From assembly GCA_030390025.1 (NCBI GenBank), contig CM059425.1:166472001-166536000 (forward strand): 64,000 nucleotides of DNA, in the 5' to 3' direction. The DNA is from Squalus acanthias. Taxonomy: Eukaryota. Positions 24,067 to 36,003 of the stretch are shown here, in pieces. Every line of letters begins with the position of its first letter. Position 1 is the stretch's first letter. The translations under genes and the position numbers were made by a program. A model generated the notes under the pieces. That model had not been told where the DNA came from, searched no databases, and saw only the letters and a program-made list of their open reading frames with translations.

Positions 24067-25741
24067 GTCTCCCAGGTGTCGGGTCTGTCAGCGGAGAACT
24101 GACCCGACACCAAGCGGCGGGGGAGACAATTGTGCTCATTAAATGGCCTGTTAAGAGCCAATTTAATGGTATTTTGAGACTTCCTTCCAATTTTACGTGC
24201 TCCCCCACGGGTTACCCACTGCTCGGGGAACACGTCAGCTCACCCTGGGTGAGTTGAGGCTGCTCTGATGTATCTGATAAGCTGACAGCTGCAGAAGTGC
24301 TGTGAAGGATGCCATGTTGCAGGTGGCCAGTTTCAGAGCGCAGAAACTGTTAGTTACTGCATTTTTAAGACATATAGAGATTTCCTTAGTTTGCAATGTT
24401 TAGAGTCAACTGTATGCCCAGTGCCATCTCATTGGAACAACGTCTCTCAACATTGACAGATCGATTCTGTCATCTTACCTGCAGCTGACATCTATTGCAG
24501 CAACATCGGTACCCTAGAAACTACCCCTGACAACGTCCCTGCTTTTGCCCTCCTGTGCAATGTGCAACCAGGCTGTGTTGATCTCCTGGGGAGGTCTCTT
24601 CCACCTTAGGAAGGGAAGAGAACCTCCCTGCGTGCTGTGACTCCCTCCATAAGCATATGGAGGGAGTCATTGGAGAGCCTGGGTACAAGCGTCCACCTTT
24701 GTGCAGTGCTTGCCAGTGTTTGCAGCACCTCAGTGCTGTCAAACACTGACAGAACAACTGTCAAACTCAATGTGGCCGTAGTCCCTTTAAGGAAACCGGC
24801 TGATGACGCATCATCAAATGACGTCATCAGACCCGCTTCCTGTTAATTGGCCGGGAAGCCTGCACAGCGGTCTTAACAAGGCCAATCAAGGGAAAATCCC
24901 TTTGACAGAGCGGCTGCAGCCAGGAGTGGGACCGGAACCCGGCAAGCAGCTATCATGCCACCATCCCACCTCTGCAGAGAAAATCCAGCCCAAAGAGAGG
25001 GAAAGAAAGATTTGATTAAGAGAGAGAGAAAACAAGAGACTTCACACTTATAATTGTTTACTTTCTGGACAAGAGCAGTTGATTGGCAGTCATTAACAAT
25101 TTTTACGTGGTTAAAAGGATAATTACGCTGATAATTACTAGACTTAGCTTTCTGTGGTGAGTTTAATGGGCAATTAATGTGAAAATGCAACAACTTCATG
25201 ATAATCACGGGGAGGTTAAGCGCGAGATGCCCTTTTTATGAAGCTAATGGTGGAGCGGCGCAAATCGGCCAGCAACTTGTGGCGATTCACAATTCACGGG
25301 GTATCGCCTCCTCGCCACAAGTTGCTGGCCGATTTGGGCATTAATAAAGGTGTGCGTTGTTCACAGGACATTATTTTTTCAGCAAAATCTGGCCCATAGT
25401 ATTTACCAACAACTGCAAGACATAAGTACTGAATTTTGTGCAGGTCTGAATTTGGAACATAAGTAAAGATTGGGGCAGAAATTCGTCTGTTGTCGGGTGA
25501 GTACGCACTGTGTACACACCCGTGGACGGAACGAAAGTGCCGGTTTCTTGCATGCACTACGCATGCGCGGGAAACCGGCACTTCCGTTCCCCTGAGGAAA
25601 GAGGTTCAGAGGTCGAACGCGCACGCCGGAGGGCCAGCGCGTTCGCCTCGCACTTCGGATTTTTTTTACAGGTTCCTCCATGAAGGTAAGCACGGAGAAG
25701 ATACACTTTTAAAAAGGATGCGCAAAGCCTTCTTTTAACAA

Positions 25742-26211
25742 TCATGATTCGGAGATGCTGGTGTTGGACTGGGGTGGACAAAAATGAGAAGTCGCACAAC
25801 ACCAGGTTATAGTCCAACAGATTTATTTAAAATTACAAGCTTTCGGAGCTGTCGCCCCTTCGTCAGGTAAAGGTACAATGAAGGAATCTACAATATTACA
25901 CAGTATATAAACACAGAAACTGCAGAGATACAATCTTTCAGGGAAGCATTACTTCAAAGACACACCAGAGCACAGATTTGACACGTTGGACCCCCTGTGA
26001 TCCATCTCATTGTCTTGGCTGTGCTCTGGTGTGTCTTTGAAGTAATGCTTCCCTGAAAGATTGTATCTCTGCAGTTTCTGTGTTTATATACTGTGTAATA
26101 TTGTAGATTCCTTCATTGCACCTTTACCTGACGAAGGGGCGACAGCTCCGAAAGCTTGTAATTTTAAATAAATCTGTTGGACTATAACCTGGTGTTGTGC
26201 GACTTCTCTTT
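25742..26211. mobile_element. Palindromic PLE family A insertion (two inverted terminal segments)
   Basis: 190-bp arms at 25786-25975 and 26019-26208 with one mismatch seen; 12-bp TSD TTCTTTTAACAA at 25730-25741 and 26212-26223; single-copy empty site in the paralog near 57335. Confidence 0.9.
26124..26161 (+). ncRNA. Putative minimal type I hammerhead ribozyme, PLE family A (inverted copy at ~25833-25870)
   Basis: TTAC-CTGACGA-A-GGGGC-GACA-GCTCC-GAAA-GC-TT-GTAA: core boxes, 5-bp stem II, palindromic AGCT stem III, stem I TTAC/GTAA. Confidence 0.7.
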
Positions 26212-26755
26212 TTCTTTTAACAAGGTAAGTGTTGATTTTATTAAAATTAAATTTTTTTTTCACAGATTTATCTTTTTTAATTACTTTAAAGAAAGGTACG
26301 TTTAGTTTTAGCCCCGTTAAAAAATTTAATTAATTTTTTCAATAATTTAAATTTTTGTTTAAAATAGTTAATTAATGTAATTTATAGTTATTTTAAAAAT
26401 GTGATTAAAAAAAATATATATTTGTAGTTTTAGGGATGTTTTGGGGCCGATCTGTATTCATAGATTTGACATTCCTGTCAAATCTATGAATGAAAGATGG
26501 TCTGCTGCCATCGGCTCTCCATGGCCCACGTGATCCCAGGGGACGCATCGCACTAACTACGCCCCTGGGATACACAAGCACTGCGCGCCGGCAGCTGCAG
26601 GAGGCCCAGGACCCGAAGTCCCCGTGGGCCCAGAGGTCAACGGCAGGCGCGGTAGGTAGGTGCGCGCGCGATCCTTGCACCCGCGGGAAGCCAGGGAGCC
26701 GAATTTCTGGCCCATTAGTTTCATTGTTTTGGAGGAGCTGGAGTATTCTCTTCTA

Positions 26756-28262
26756 ATGATGCACCCCTCTCCTCAAAAAACCAAACCTTGATCCCTCCGT
26801 CCTTGCAAACTACCGCCCCATCTCCAACCTCCCTTTCCTCTCCAAAGTCCTTGAACGTGTTGTCACCTCCCAAATCTGTGCCCATCTTTCCCGCAATTCC
26901 ATGTTTGAATCCCTCCAATCAGGTTTCTGCCCTTGCCACAGTACCAAAACGGCTCTCATCAAAGTCACAAATGACATCCTTTGTGACTGTGACAGAGATA
27001 AACTATCCCTCCTCATCCTTCTTGACTTGTCTGCAGCCTTTGACACGGTTGACCACTCCATCCTTCTCCAACGCCTCTCCACCGTCGTCCAGCTGGGTGG
27101 GACTGCACTCGCCTGGTTCCATTCTTATCTATTTAATCGTAAACAGAGAATCACCTGCAACGGCTTCTCTTCCCGTTCCCGCATCGTTACCTTTTGGTGT
27201 CCCCCAAGGATTTATCCTTGGCCCCCTCCTATTTCTCGTCTACATGTTGCCCCTTGGCGACATCATCCGAAAACAGAGCATCAGTTTCCACATGTACGCT
27301 GACGACACCCAGCTCTACCTCACTACTTCTTCTCTCGACCCCTCCACGGTGCCTAAATTGTCAGACTGCTTGTCCGACATACAGTTCTGGATGAGCAAAC
27401 ATTTTCTCCAATTAAATATTGGGAAGACCGAAGCCATTGTTTTTGGTCCCCGCCACAAACTCCGTTCCCTAGCCACTGACTCCATCCCTCTCTCTAACAT
27501 CTGTCTGAGGCTGAACCACACTGTTAGCAACCTTGGTGTCATATTTGACCCTGAAATGAGCTTCAGACCACATATCCGCAGCATAACAAAGACCGCCTAC
27601 TTCCACCTCCGTAACATCGTCCGTCTCCGCCCTTGCCTCAACTCATCCGCTGCTGAAACCCTCATCCATGCCTTTGTTATCTCTAGACTTGACTATTCCA
27701 ATGCATTCCTGGCTGGCCTCCCACATTCCACCCTACCTAAACTTGAAGTCATCCAAAACTCGGTTGCCCGTGTCCTAACTCGTAACAAGTCCCGTTCGCC
27801 CATCACCCCTGTGTTCGCTGACCTACATTGGCTCCCAGTTAAGCAGTGCCTCGATTTTAAAATTCTCATCCTTGTTTTCAAATCCCACCATGGCCTCGCC
27901 CCTTTCTATCTCTGTAATCTCATTCAGCCCCACAACCACCCCGAGATATCTGCACTCCTCGAATTCTGCAATCTTGAGCATCCCTGATTATAATCGTTCA
28001 ACCTTTGGTGGCCATGCCCTCTGTTGCCTAGGCCCTAAACTCTGAAATTCCCTGCCTAAACCTCTCCGCCTCTCTACCTCTCTTTCCTCCTTTAAGACAC
28101 TCCTTAAAACCTACCTCTTTGACCAAGCTTTTGGTCACCTGCCCTAATTTATCCATATGTGGATCGGTGTCAAATTATTTGTCTTAAAATACTCCTGTGC
28201 AGCGCCTTGGGACATTTTACTACGTTAAAGGCACTATAAATACAAGTTGTTGTTGTTGTTGC
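26756..28262 (+). mobile_element. L2-clade LINE, RT domain through 3' end
   Basis: FESLQSGF..HST.TAL, LLDLSAAFDTVDH, GVPQG..LGP, YADDTQLY, SRLDYSNA, LHWLPV; (TTG)n tail at ~28246-28261; frameshift near 27195. Confidence 0.95.
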
Positions 28263-29585
28263 AAATATCGAACGCTAATTGTGACTCACAAAGCTAGTCT
28301 AGAATAAATTATTATTGACTTCCAATACTGAATTATAGTATTTTTGGTGCTAAAAAATACAACCAAAAATATCAAACATTTTCATAGGGGGTGGGCATGC
28401 CTCCAGACCACCCCTCCTTCCAAAGAAGTAAATTTAAACCATCACAGCTCCCTACAAAGATTTCCAAATCCACCACTACAAAGTTACATTTTTGTGTATT
28501 TTGGTTTTTTTCTCCCTATAATACCATTAATGGAACATAGGATATAGCTGCAGATTGTCATGACAAGTTCATGTTGCACTCTGCTCCCATTATAATTACT
28601 TCTTGTAATTTATATGTGAGTCTTGGGGCTTAATTTTCACAGAAAAATAAATTGAATTGTGGAATGTGATTCCAAAAATTCCTGAAATCCAATGTAAAAA
28701 GGTATTTAACTCATGCAGTCACCTTGAAGCAGTGGTCTTGGCCATAGGTCAGGGCTGTTTTCAGCTGTATATTGATTTTTTAGGTTGTTAGCTTTCCTCA
28801 GGCAGTTTCAGATTTTCTGAAGATGTTCATCAGCTTTTCTGAGTTTAGTAGGTTTATTATTTGTGTATTATGAACAAGAATTATGCACTCCGCAGACATA
28901 GCATTGAACTTTTTGACAGTTATAAAGAGTAAATGATTATTTATCTGCTTAAAAAGCACATAAGGAGCATATTTACAGGTATGCCACGATATTCCGGTTT
29001 TCTGCTGTTACCATTAACAAAATTCGGTTACATGAAATTGCCTGCAGGAAAATTGATCTCAGCCACCATTCCGATTGTTAGTCATTAAAATCTTCAAAAA
29101 TAAAGTGTTCACTCCTTTTTCTCAATTGTATTGATTCATCTACTCCCCAGTCATGTGCTCTCCACCCAGTAGAATCTGGATTGAGATTACTCAGCTCCAT
29201 ATTATATAGGACTGTTACACCAAGCAGAGAGAGAAGACGTAATACCGATAGCAACCTCCTGATTCTGGGATGGATGCTGATATTTCCACAACAGCGGGCT
29301 TTATTTGGAAGCCCATTTCTCACCTCAACGTAAGTATAAGTTATTAGTTAAGATTCTTGTTCCTTGGCCAGACAAAGAAGAAACATCAGAAGGCGTGGAA
29401 CAAGAACATTTCATTTGACTTAGGGAACCCATTCCTTCCAACAGACTATGCACAGTTTCCCCTATAATGGACTCCACCTAACTTATTTTAATGACCTGAG
29501 GGAGGTGACACCATAAATAAAACTTCCAAGAATATAAAGCATCATGAAATTTCTCTTTGAACCTCAAAGTAATTTAGCAGACCTC

Positions 29586-30441
29586 TGGGCCCCGTATTTA
29601 TGGGGAGGTAGGGAGGGAGCGGGAGGGTGTCACGGCGGCCGGGAAACCTGGAAATGCGGGTAACGTGGAGGCCCTGCCGAATTTATGACAGGAACTTATT
29701 TAATTTTTTTATCACCGTTTCCCGGCCAGCAGCCAGCCAGTGTGAAAGGCTGGCTGGCTGGCTGTCGGGCGGGAAGGACTGTGGCACAAGGCCACAACTA
29801 GGGAGCGGAGAGGGGGGAGAGGGAGAGATCGTGGGTCAGGATGGGCATCGTGGAAAGCCATGGAGGACATTGGGGTGACGGGGTCAGGGAGAAGATCAGC
29901 GGGGGGAGAAGCAGGGGAGAAGATCGGGGTGGGGTGTTGGGGGGCTGCAAGGAGAATATGGTGGGCACATCAGAGGGAGCCAGGGAGAAGATCGCGGGCC
30001 ATGGAGGACACGGGGCAGGAGATATTGGATCGCGGAGAGGGTGGGTTCCGTTCTTGGGGGGGGGGGGGTGGGGTGGGGGGTTTCGATCGCGGGGGTCTGA
30101 TTGTGGGAGGGAGCTCGGAGGATCGCGGGGAGGGAAGCAGGTTAGCTTGGTGGGCCGGGGGAAGCACTCCTGCTCCTCCTGGCCCACAAGCAGTGCTGAA
30201 AAAGCACTTACCTGCTGGATCCAGTCATTCTCGTCTCCCTTCAGCTGCTGTGTTTCCCGAGACCTAGGAAACCCGGCCCGCAGGCATTAAAAGTAAAATT
30301 GTGGTTAAATCTGAGGCAGCCTCTCATTAAAATATTTAAATAACTGACCTGCCTCTGGAGAGCACGTTAGTCGCCCTGTCCCTTTCCCGCCCGTCCTGGG
30401 GTGGGGGGGGGGGGGGTGGGGGAAGGTTAAAATAATATCCC
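29586..30441. mobile_element. GC-rich non-autonomous element related to 9299-9995
   Basis: Starts GGGCCCCGTATTTA; shares AGCACTCCTGCTCCTCCTGGCCC and AGCACTTAC block; right end degenerate. Confidence 0.45.
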
Positions 30442-30559
30442 ACCTGGAGTTACATTCGGAGTTACATTGCAACTTACAAAATTCAACCGGAACAGCTTGC
30501 ATTCCATAGGTGGTATCTCTAGGGTTCCAATAACACAGGAATATAGTAACATAATAACA

Positions 30560-30800
30560 GTTGAAGACCTCCATTGGGTCACCATTTAACCTTCTCAGTT
30601 CCAGTGAAAAAGCCCTAACTTCTCAAGTTTCTCTCCATAATTGTAACCTCCCATTCTTGGTGACACCATTTTGAATCTAAGTTGCACCTTATCCAATGCT
30701 TTTATATCTCTCCTGTAATGGGGTGCCCAAAGCTCTACACAGTACTCCAATTGTAGCCGAACCAAGGTTTCTTAGAAGATCAATGTGACCTCGTTGCTTT
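30560..30800 (-). mobile_element. Old CR1 fragment
   Basis: Degenerate match to the CR1 LEYCV..W.P and LFSLE region (TACACAGTACTCCAATTG, TTCTCAGTTCCAGTGAAAA). Confidence 0.55.
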
Positions 30801-31327
30801 TTATATCTCAGGCCATTTTTCCTATATGAGCTTTAACAGTGAGTGTTGGCAGACTTGTATGAATATCATTTTGTTTTAAATAATCTTTTTTCAAATCCTT
30901 TCTGTGGAAAAATGGTGATAAAATCTTGAAATGTTTCACATTTTTATGTTTGAAAGGCTTGGATTTTTTGTGTATGGGGATGTTTTAATTTTCAGTGTAT
31001 GAGGGCTCACATTTTATATGCAGTTCACTCACTGGCTGTAACATATGTATCTAACCCCCAGATGCAAAAGACTAGATCGTCCACACCCACCCCTCAACAT
31101 AGACTGAGGTTGACTAATTCAGCACAGGCCAGAGATTGACCCCACGACTTTCGTGGACCGTATGGCCCAGCTACAAGCTGGATAAACTCACTGAACCAAT
31201 GAGGATGCTTTCATTTAACTTTTAAACAATTAACATTACAGATGTATATTTTTGCTTCATATAAAAGTTTTCTGTCCTTTGAAATTAAAAGTTTGTATTA
31301 TCACTTCTTTGTCCTTTCTCCTGTTTC

Positions 31328-34078
31328 AAGAACATAAGAACATAAGAATTAGGAGCAGGAGTCGGCCATTTGGCCCCTCGGGCCTGCTCCGCCATTCAAT
31401 AAGATCATGGCTGATCTTCTACCTCAACTCCACTTTCCTGCACTATCCCTTGATTCCCTTAATATGCAAAAATCTATCGATCTCTGTCTTGAATATACTC
31501 AATGACTGAGCCTCCACAGCCCTCTGGGGTAGAGAATTCCAAAGATTCACAACCCTCTGAGTGAAGAAATTCCTCCTCATCTCACTCCTAAATGGCCGAC
31601 CCCTTATTCTGAGATTGTGACCCCTGGTTCTAGACTCTCCAGCCAGGGGAAACATCCTCCCTGCATCTACCCTGTCGAGCCCTGTAAAAATGTTGTATGT
31701 TTCAATGAGATCACCTCTCATTCTTCTAAACTCTAGAGAATATATTCCTAGTCTATTCAATCTCTCCTTATAGGACAATCCCCCCATCCCAGGAATCAGT
31801 CTGGTGAACCTTTGTTGCACTCCCTCTATGGCAAGTATATCCTTCCTTAGGTAAGGAGACCAAAACTGTACACAATACTCCAGGTGACGTCTTTACTCTT
31901 ATACTCAAAGCCTCTTGTAATAAAGGCCAACATACCATTTGCTTTCCTAATTGCTTGCTGTACCTGCATGTTAACTTTCAGTGATTCGTGTACAAGGATG
32001 CCCAGGTCCCTCTGAACACCAACATTTCCCAATCTCTCACCATTTAAACAATACTCTGCTTTTCTATTTTTCCTACCAAAGTGGATAACTTCACATTTCT
32101 CCACATTATATTCCATTTGCCATGTTCTTGCCCACTCACTTAGCTTGTCTATATCCCCTTGAAGCCTCTTTGCATCCTCCTCACAACTTACATTCCCACC
32201 CAGCTTTGTATCATCAGCAAACTTGGATATATTACATTTGGTCTCCTCATCCAGATCATTGATATAGATTGTGAATAGCTGAGGCCCGAGCACTGATCCT
32301 TGCGGTACCCCACTAGTTACAGTCTGCCAACCCGAAAATGACCCATTTATTCCTACTCTCTGTTTTCTGTCCGTTAACCAACCCTCAATTCATGCCAGTA
32401 TATAAGAACATAAGAAATAGGAGCAGGAGTAGGCCATTCAGCCCTTCGAGCCTGCTCCGCCATTCAATGAGATCATGGCTGACCTTCTGCCTCAACTCCA
32501 TTCACCGGCCCTATCACCATATCCCTTGATGCCCTTACTAGTCAGAAATCTATCGACTTCTGTTTTGAATATATCCAATGACTGAGCCTCCACAGCCCTC
32601 TGGGGTAGAGAATTCCAAAGATTCACCACCCTCTGTGTGAAGAAATTTCTTCTCATCTCAGTCCTGAATGGCCTACCCTTTATCTTGAGGCTGTGGCCCC
32701 TGGTTCTAGACTCCCCAGCCAAGGGAAACATTCTCCCAGCATCCATCCTATCAAGCCCTGTAATAATTTTGTATGCTTCAATGAGATCCCCTCTCATTCT
32801 TCTGAATTCAAGAGAATACAGGCCTAGTTTACTCAATCTCTTCTCATACGACAGTCCCGCCATCCCAGGAATCAATATCATGAACCTTCGTTGCACTCCC
32901 TCTATGGCAAGTATATCCTTCCTTAGGTAAGGAGACCAAAATTGTACACAATACTCCGGGTGTGGTCTCACCAATGCCCTATATAATTGGAGTAAGACTT
33001 CTTTACTCCTGTACTCAAATCCTCTTGTAATGAAGGCCAGCATACCATTTGCCTTCCTAATGGCTTGCTGCACCTGCACATTCACTTTCAGTGACTCATG
33101 TACAAGGACACCCAGGACCCTTTGAGCATCTGCATTCCCCAATCTTTCACCATTTAGGAAATACTCTGCTTTTCTGTTTTTTCTACCAAAGTGGATAACT
33201 TCACATTTATCCACATTATATTCCATCTGCCATGTTCTCGCCCACTCACTGAGCCTGTCAAGATCCCCTTGAAGCCTCTTCACATCCTCTTCGCAACTGA
33301 CACTGCCACCTAGCTTTATATCATCAGCAAATTTGGAAATGTTACATTTCGTCCCCTCATCCAAATCATTGATATAGATTGTGAATAGCTGGAGCCCAAG
33401 CACCAATCCTTGCGGTACCCCACTAGTCACAGCCTGCCATCCTGAAAAAGACCCGTTTATCCCTACTCTTTGTTTTCTGTCTGTTAACCAATTCTCAATC
33501 CATGCTAGTATATTACCCCCAATTCCATGTGCCCTAATTTTGTTCAGCAACCTCTTGTGTGGGACCTTATCGAAGGCCTTCTGGAAATCCAGATACACCA
33601 CATCTACCGGTTCCCCTTTGTCTACTCCACTAGTTACATCCTCAAAGAACTCCAACAGGTTTGTCAAACAGGATTTCCCTTTCATAAATCCATGTTGACT
33701 CTGCCCAATCTTACTATTAGTTTCTAAGTGCCCAGTTATTGCATCCTTTGTAATAGATTCCAGCATTTTCCCAACTACTGATGTGAGGCTAACAGGCCTG
33801 TAGTTCCCCCAATCCCATGAGTCCTAATTTTGTTTAATAACCTCTTGTGTGGCACCTTATCGAATGCCTTCTGAAAATCCAAACACTCTACATCCACTGG
33901 TTCCCCCTTATCTATTCTGCTACTTACAACATCAAAAAACTCTAACAGATTTGTCAAACACGATTTGCCTTTCATAAATCCGTGTTGACTCTGCCCAATC
34001 CTATTATTATTTACTAAGTGCCCTGTTACCACGTCCTTAATAATAGATTCCAGCATTTTCCCTACGACTGATGTCAGC
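31328..34078 (-). mobile_element. CR1 LINE (31328-32400 and ~33805-34078) with a younger CR1 nested inside
   Basis: RT peptides in ORFs 31443-31820, 31847-32293 and 33775-34083; tail AAGAACATAAGAACATAAG; host CATGCCAGTA..CCCCCAATCCCATG is split by the insert. Confidence 0.9.
32401..33804 (-). mobile_element. Young 5'-truncated CR1 with uninterrupted 424-aa RT C-terminal ORF (32492-33766)
   Basis: QHGFMKGKSCLTNL, YLDFQKAFDKVPH, GVPQG, FADD, LEFRRMRGDLI, open to the stop; own 3' tail at 32401-32420. Confidence 0.95.
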
Positions 34079-34101
34079 ACCATTATATTTCTTTTCTTAA
34101 T

Positions 34102-34560
34102 GTCAGCTGAGGCTCAGTTGGTAGTATTCTTGCCCCTGAGTCAGGAGGTTGTGAGTTCAGAGTTCAACCCCAGGGACTTGAGCACAAAAATTTAGGCTGA
34201 CACTCTAGTGCAGTGTCAGATGTGCTGCCGTCAGATGAACTGTTAAACTGAGGTCCCATCTGCTCTCGCAGGTGGACATAAAAGATCCCAAATTACTATT
34301 TCAAAGAAGAGCAGCGGAGTTATCCTTGGCGTCCAGGCTAATATTTATCCCTCAATCAGCATCACTGAAACAGATTATCTGGTTATTATCACATTGCTGT
34401 TTATGGGAGCTTGCTGTGTGCAAATTGGCTGCCGCATTTCCTACATTACAACAGTGACTACACTTCAAAAAAGTACTTCATTGGCTGTAAAGCGCTTTGG
34501 GACGTCCTGTGGTTGTGAAAGACGCTATATAAATGCAAGCCTTTCTTTCTTTTTCTTTTA
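34102..34560 (+). mobile_element. Full-length tRNA-derived SINE (DeuSINE/SacSINE1-like)
   Basis: A-box-like GGCTCAGTTGG, B-box-like GAGTTCAACCC, central body, L2-like tail (GCGCTTTGGGACG..GCTATATAAATGCAAG) and (TTTC)n end. Family name from recall, not searched. Confidence 0.75.
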
Positions 34561-35228
34561 CTTTTCATAGAGTAGATCGGCCCCAACTTGTCAGTGCAAC
34601 CTGGCATATGCCAGCTCCATTGTTCCTGGAATCATCGATCACCTCGAGCCCTGTTTTAGACTGAGAATTCTATCTTCACTTATTGAAAATAGGGCTGATC
34701 CCCCTATCAGGCAAACCCGGTGACAAATGGCACTCACAGGGAGTGTTGGTTGGGAAACTGTGGGCCTATAGCACCTGATTTTCAATTTATTTAAACAAAT
34801 GGGCAGATAATCAGGGGTTGTATGCCCAGCATTCCCTGAGCAATGCTCCCTGTGAGTGCTATTCCTCACTAGACCATCTGGTTGGGGGAATCTGCTCTTA
34901 CATATTCATAGCCTGTGGTCTGGAATGTTCTATTTAACGAATATATAACTTACTTGCCCTGACCCCAAGTGATCCCAAACCTATTTTGCAAAGGTGTTGA
35001 TTTGTACTGGTAATGTGATACAATCGTGCTGACAAGATTTATGCCATGAATTTTTAACACTCAGCAGTGTAGTCAAGAGTCATTGGCTACCACGTCATTT
35101 ATTTTTAATGGAAAAGATGTAAAATACATTATTTAATGTAGCATTACTTTTAAAGGACTTTTTTATTCCTTTCTGTTTTACAGATGGTGCAGTTTTTAAC
35201 CTTAATGGGAATAGGCCTTAATTCTTAG

Positions 35229-36003
35229 AGGGAAAAATTTGGTTGGTTAGTGCCTCCCGCTAGCGCCTCTGGGGGGCGATAACAGGGCGCTAATGATTTA
35301 CCGCCCGGGCGTGGCGATGTTACCGGAGTCCGCGAAATTCACCTGGCGATTTGCGGCGGCAGTAATCCCTAGCGCCACGCTCTCCTGCGCCCGGAGATCG
35401 TGATGCCATCCGGCTGCACAGCGCCCCGTTAGCGCCCCGGACCCGAAATTCGGTTCCGCCCCCTGCAGCATCACCAAGCGACAACACCGACAGCTGCAGG
35501 AGACGTTGTTCGGGAGGCTGGGTGCTTCAGGAGCGCTATTTAAAGGTAAGGCCACTGGTCTTCAGTAGAAATGTGTTTTCTTCCTTTAGGGTGCATTTTG
35601 AAAATTTTTAAATGCCGCGATTGATCAGATATGCACTCTGTTAGAGTGCTTGGGGCTGATCGTCGAGGATACCGGCTGCCGTTGGCGACAAGGGAGATCG
35701 TTCAAATGCAGAGCCTGCAGCAATGGCCCTTCCCTTTAAGGGAGGGAAGGAGCCCTTGGATCCCGGCAGCGCTGGAGTGGTCATTGTGCATCGCTGCACC
35801 TCTACCGCCTCCGCCACCCACCCCTCCCCTGCGAGGGTTAGCGCTCCAGAAGGGAAGTGGTAGTGCTTGATTTAGTGCTCCACTTCCTTCCTGGAGCGCT
35901 AACACTGAATTTACCGAAAGCTGAGAATGATTAGCGCCTGGCGCTAATTTTTCCAGATTTCAAAATTTAGCGCCCCAAACAGGGCGATACCGAATTTCTC
36001 GCC
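35229..36003. mobile_element. Harbinger MITE, family M2
   Basis: TIRs AGGGAAAAATTTGG / CCGAATTTCTCGCC; subterminal GCCTCCCGCTAGCGCC and many TAGCGCC motifs shared with 48904 and 62928. Confidence 0.75.

Larger units (their letters stand above)
23258..24991. mobile_element. Non-autonomous Harbinger deletion derivative with Myb exon 1 remnant on the minus strand
   Basis: TIRs GGGCTTGATTTT / AAAATCCAGCCC; AAA TSD on both sides; minus-strand PRLSNDSLHMLMEGVTARREVLFPS at ~24606-24690. Confidence 0.8.
23020..25395. mobile_element. Older MITE-like element hosting the 23258-24991 insertion; left end not defined
   Basis: Right end AAAATCTGGCCC at 25395; purine-rich host sequence GAAAGAGAAATAAA|GAGAGGGAAAG is contiguous across the insertion. 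Confidence 0.45.
25472..26713. mobile_element. Harbinger-type MITE, family M1, carrying a PLE insertion
   Basis: TIRs GGGGCAGAAATTCG / CGAATTTCTGGCCC; perfect ATT TSD; reverse-complement homolog at 56860-57602. Confidence 0.85.

Noticed and set aside
26788..27987. 399-aa ORF as a novel protein
   Set aside because: Chimera of an off-frame N-terminus and the L2 RT C-terminus caused by a frameshift.
29151..29335. Possible plus-strand exon ending at GTAAGT (~29330)
   Set aside because: One open frame but no recognisable homology and an ambiguous acceptor; unsupported without expression data.
29798..30290. Overlapping Gly/Pro-rich ORFs
   Set aside because: Arise from G-rich low-complexity sequence inside a MITE-like element.
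31040..31205. Degenerate minus-strand SINE, possibly LF-SINE-like
   Set aside because: Too decayed to assign a family by eye.
34102..34175. tRNA gene
   Set aside because: A/B-box-like motifs belong to a SINE head; no complete cloverleaf.
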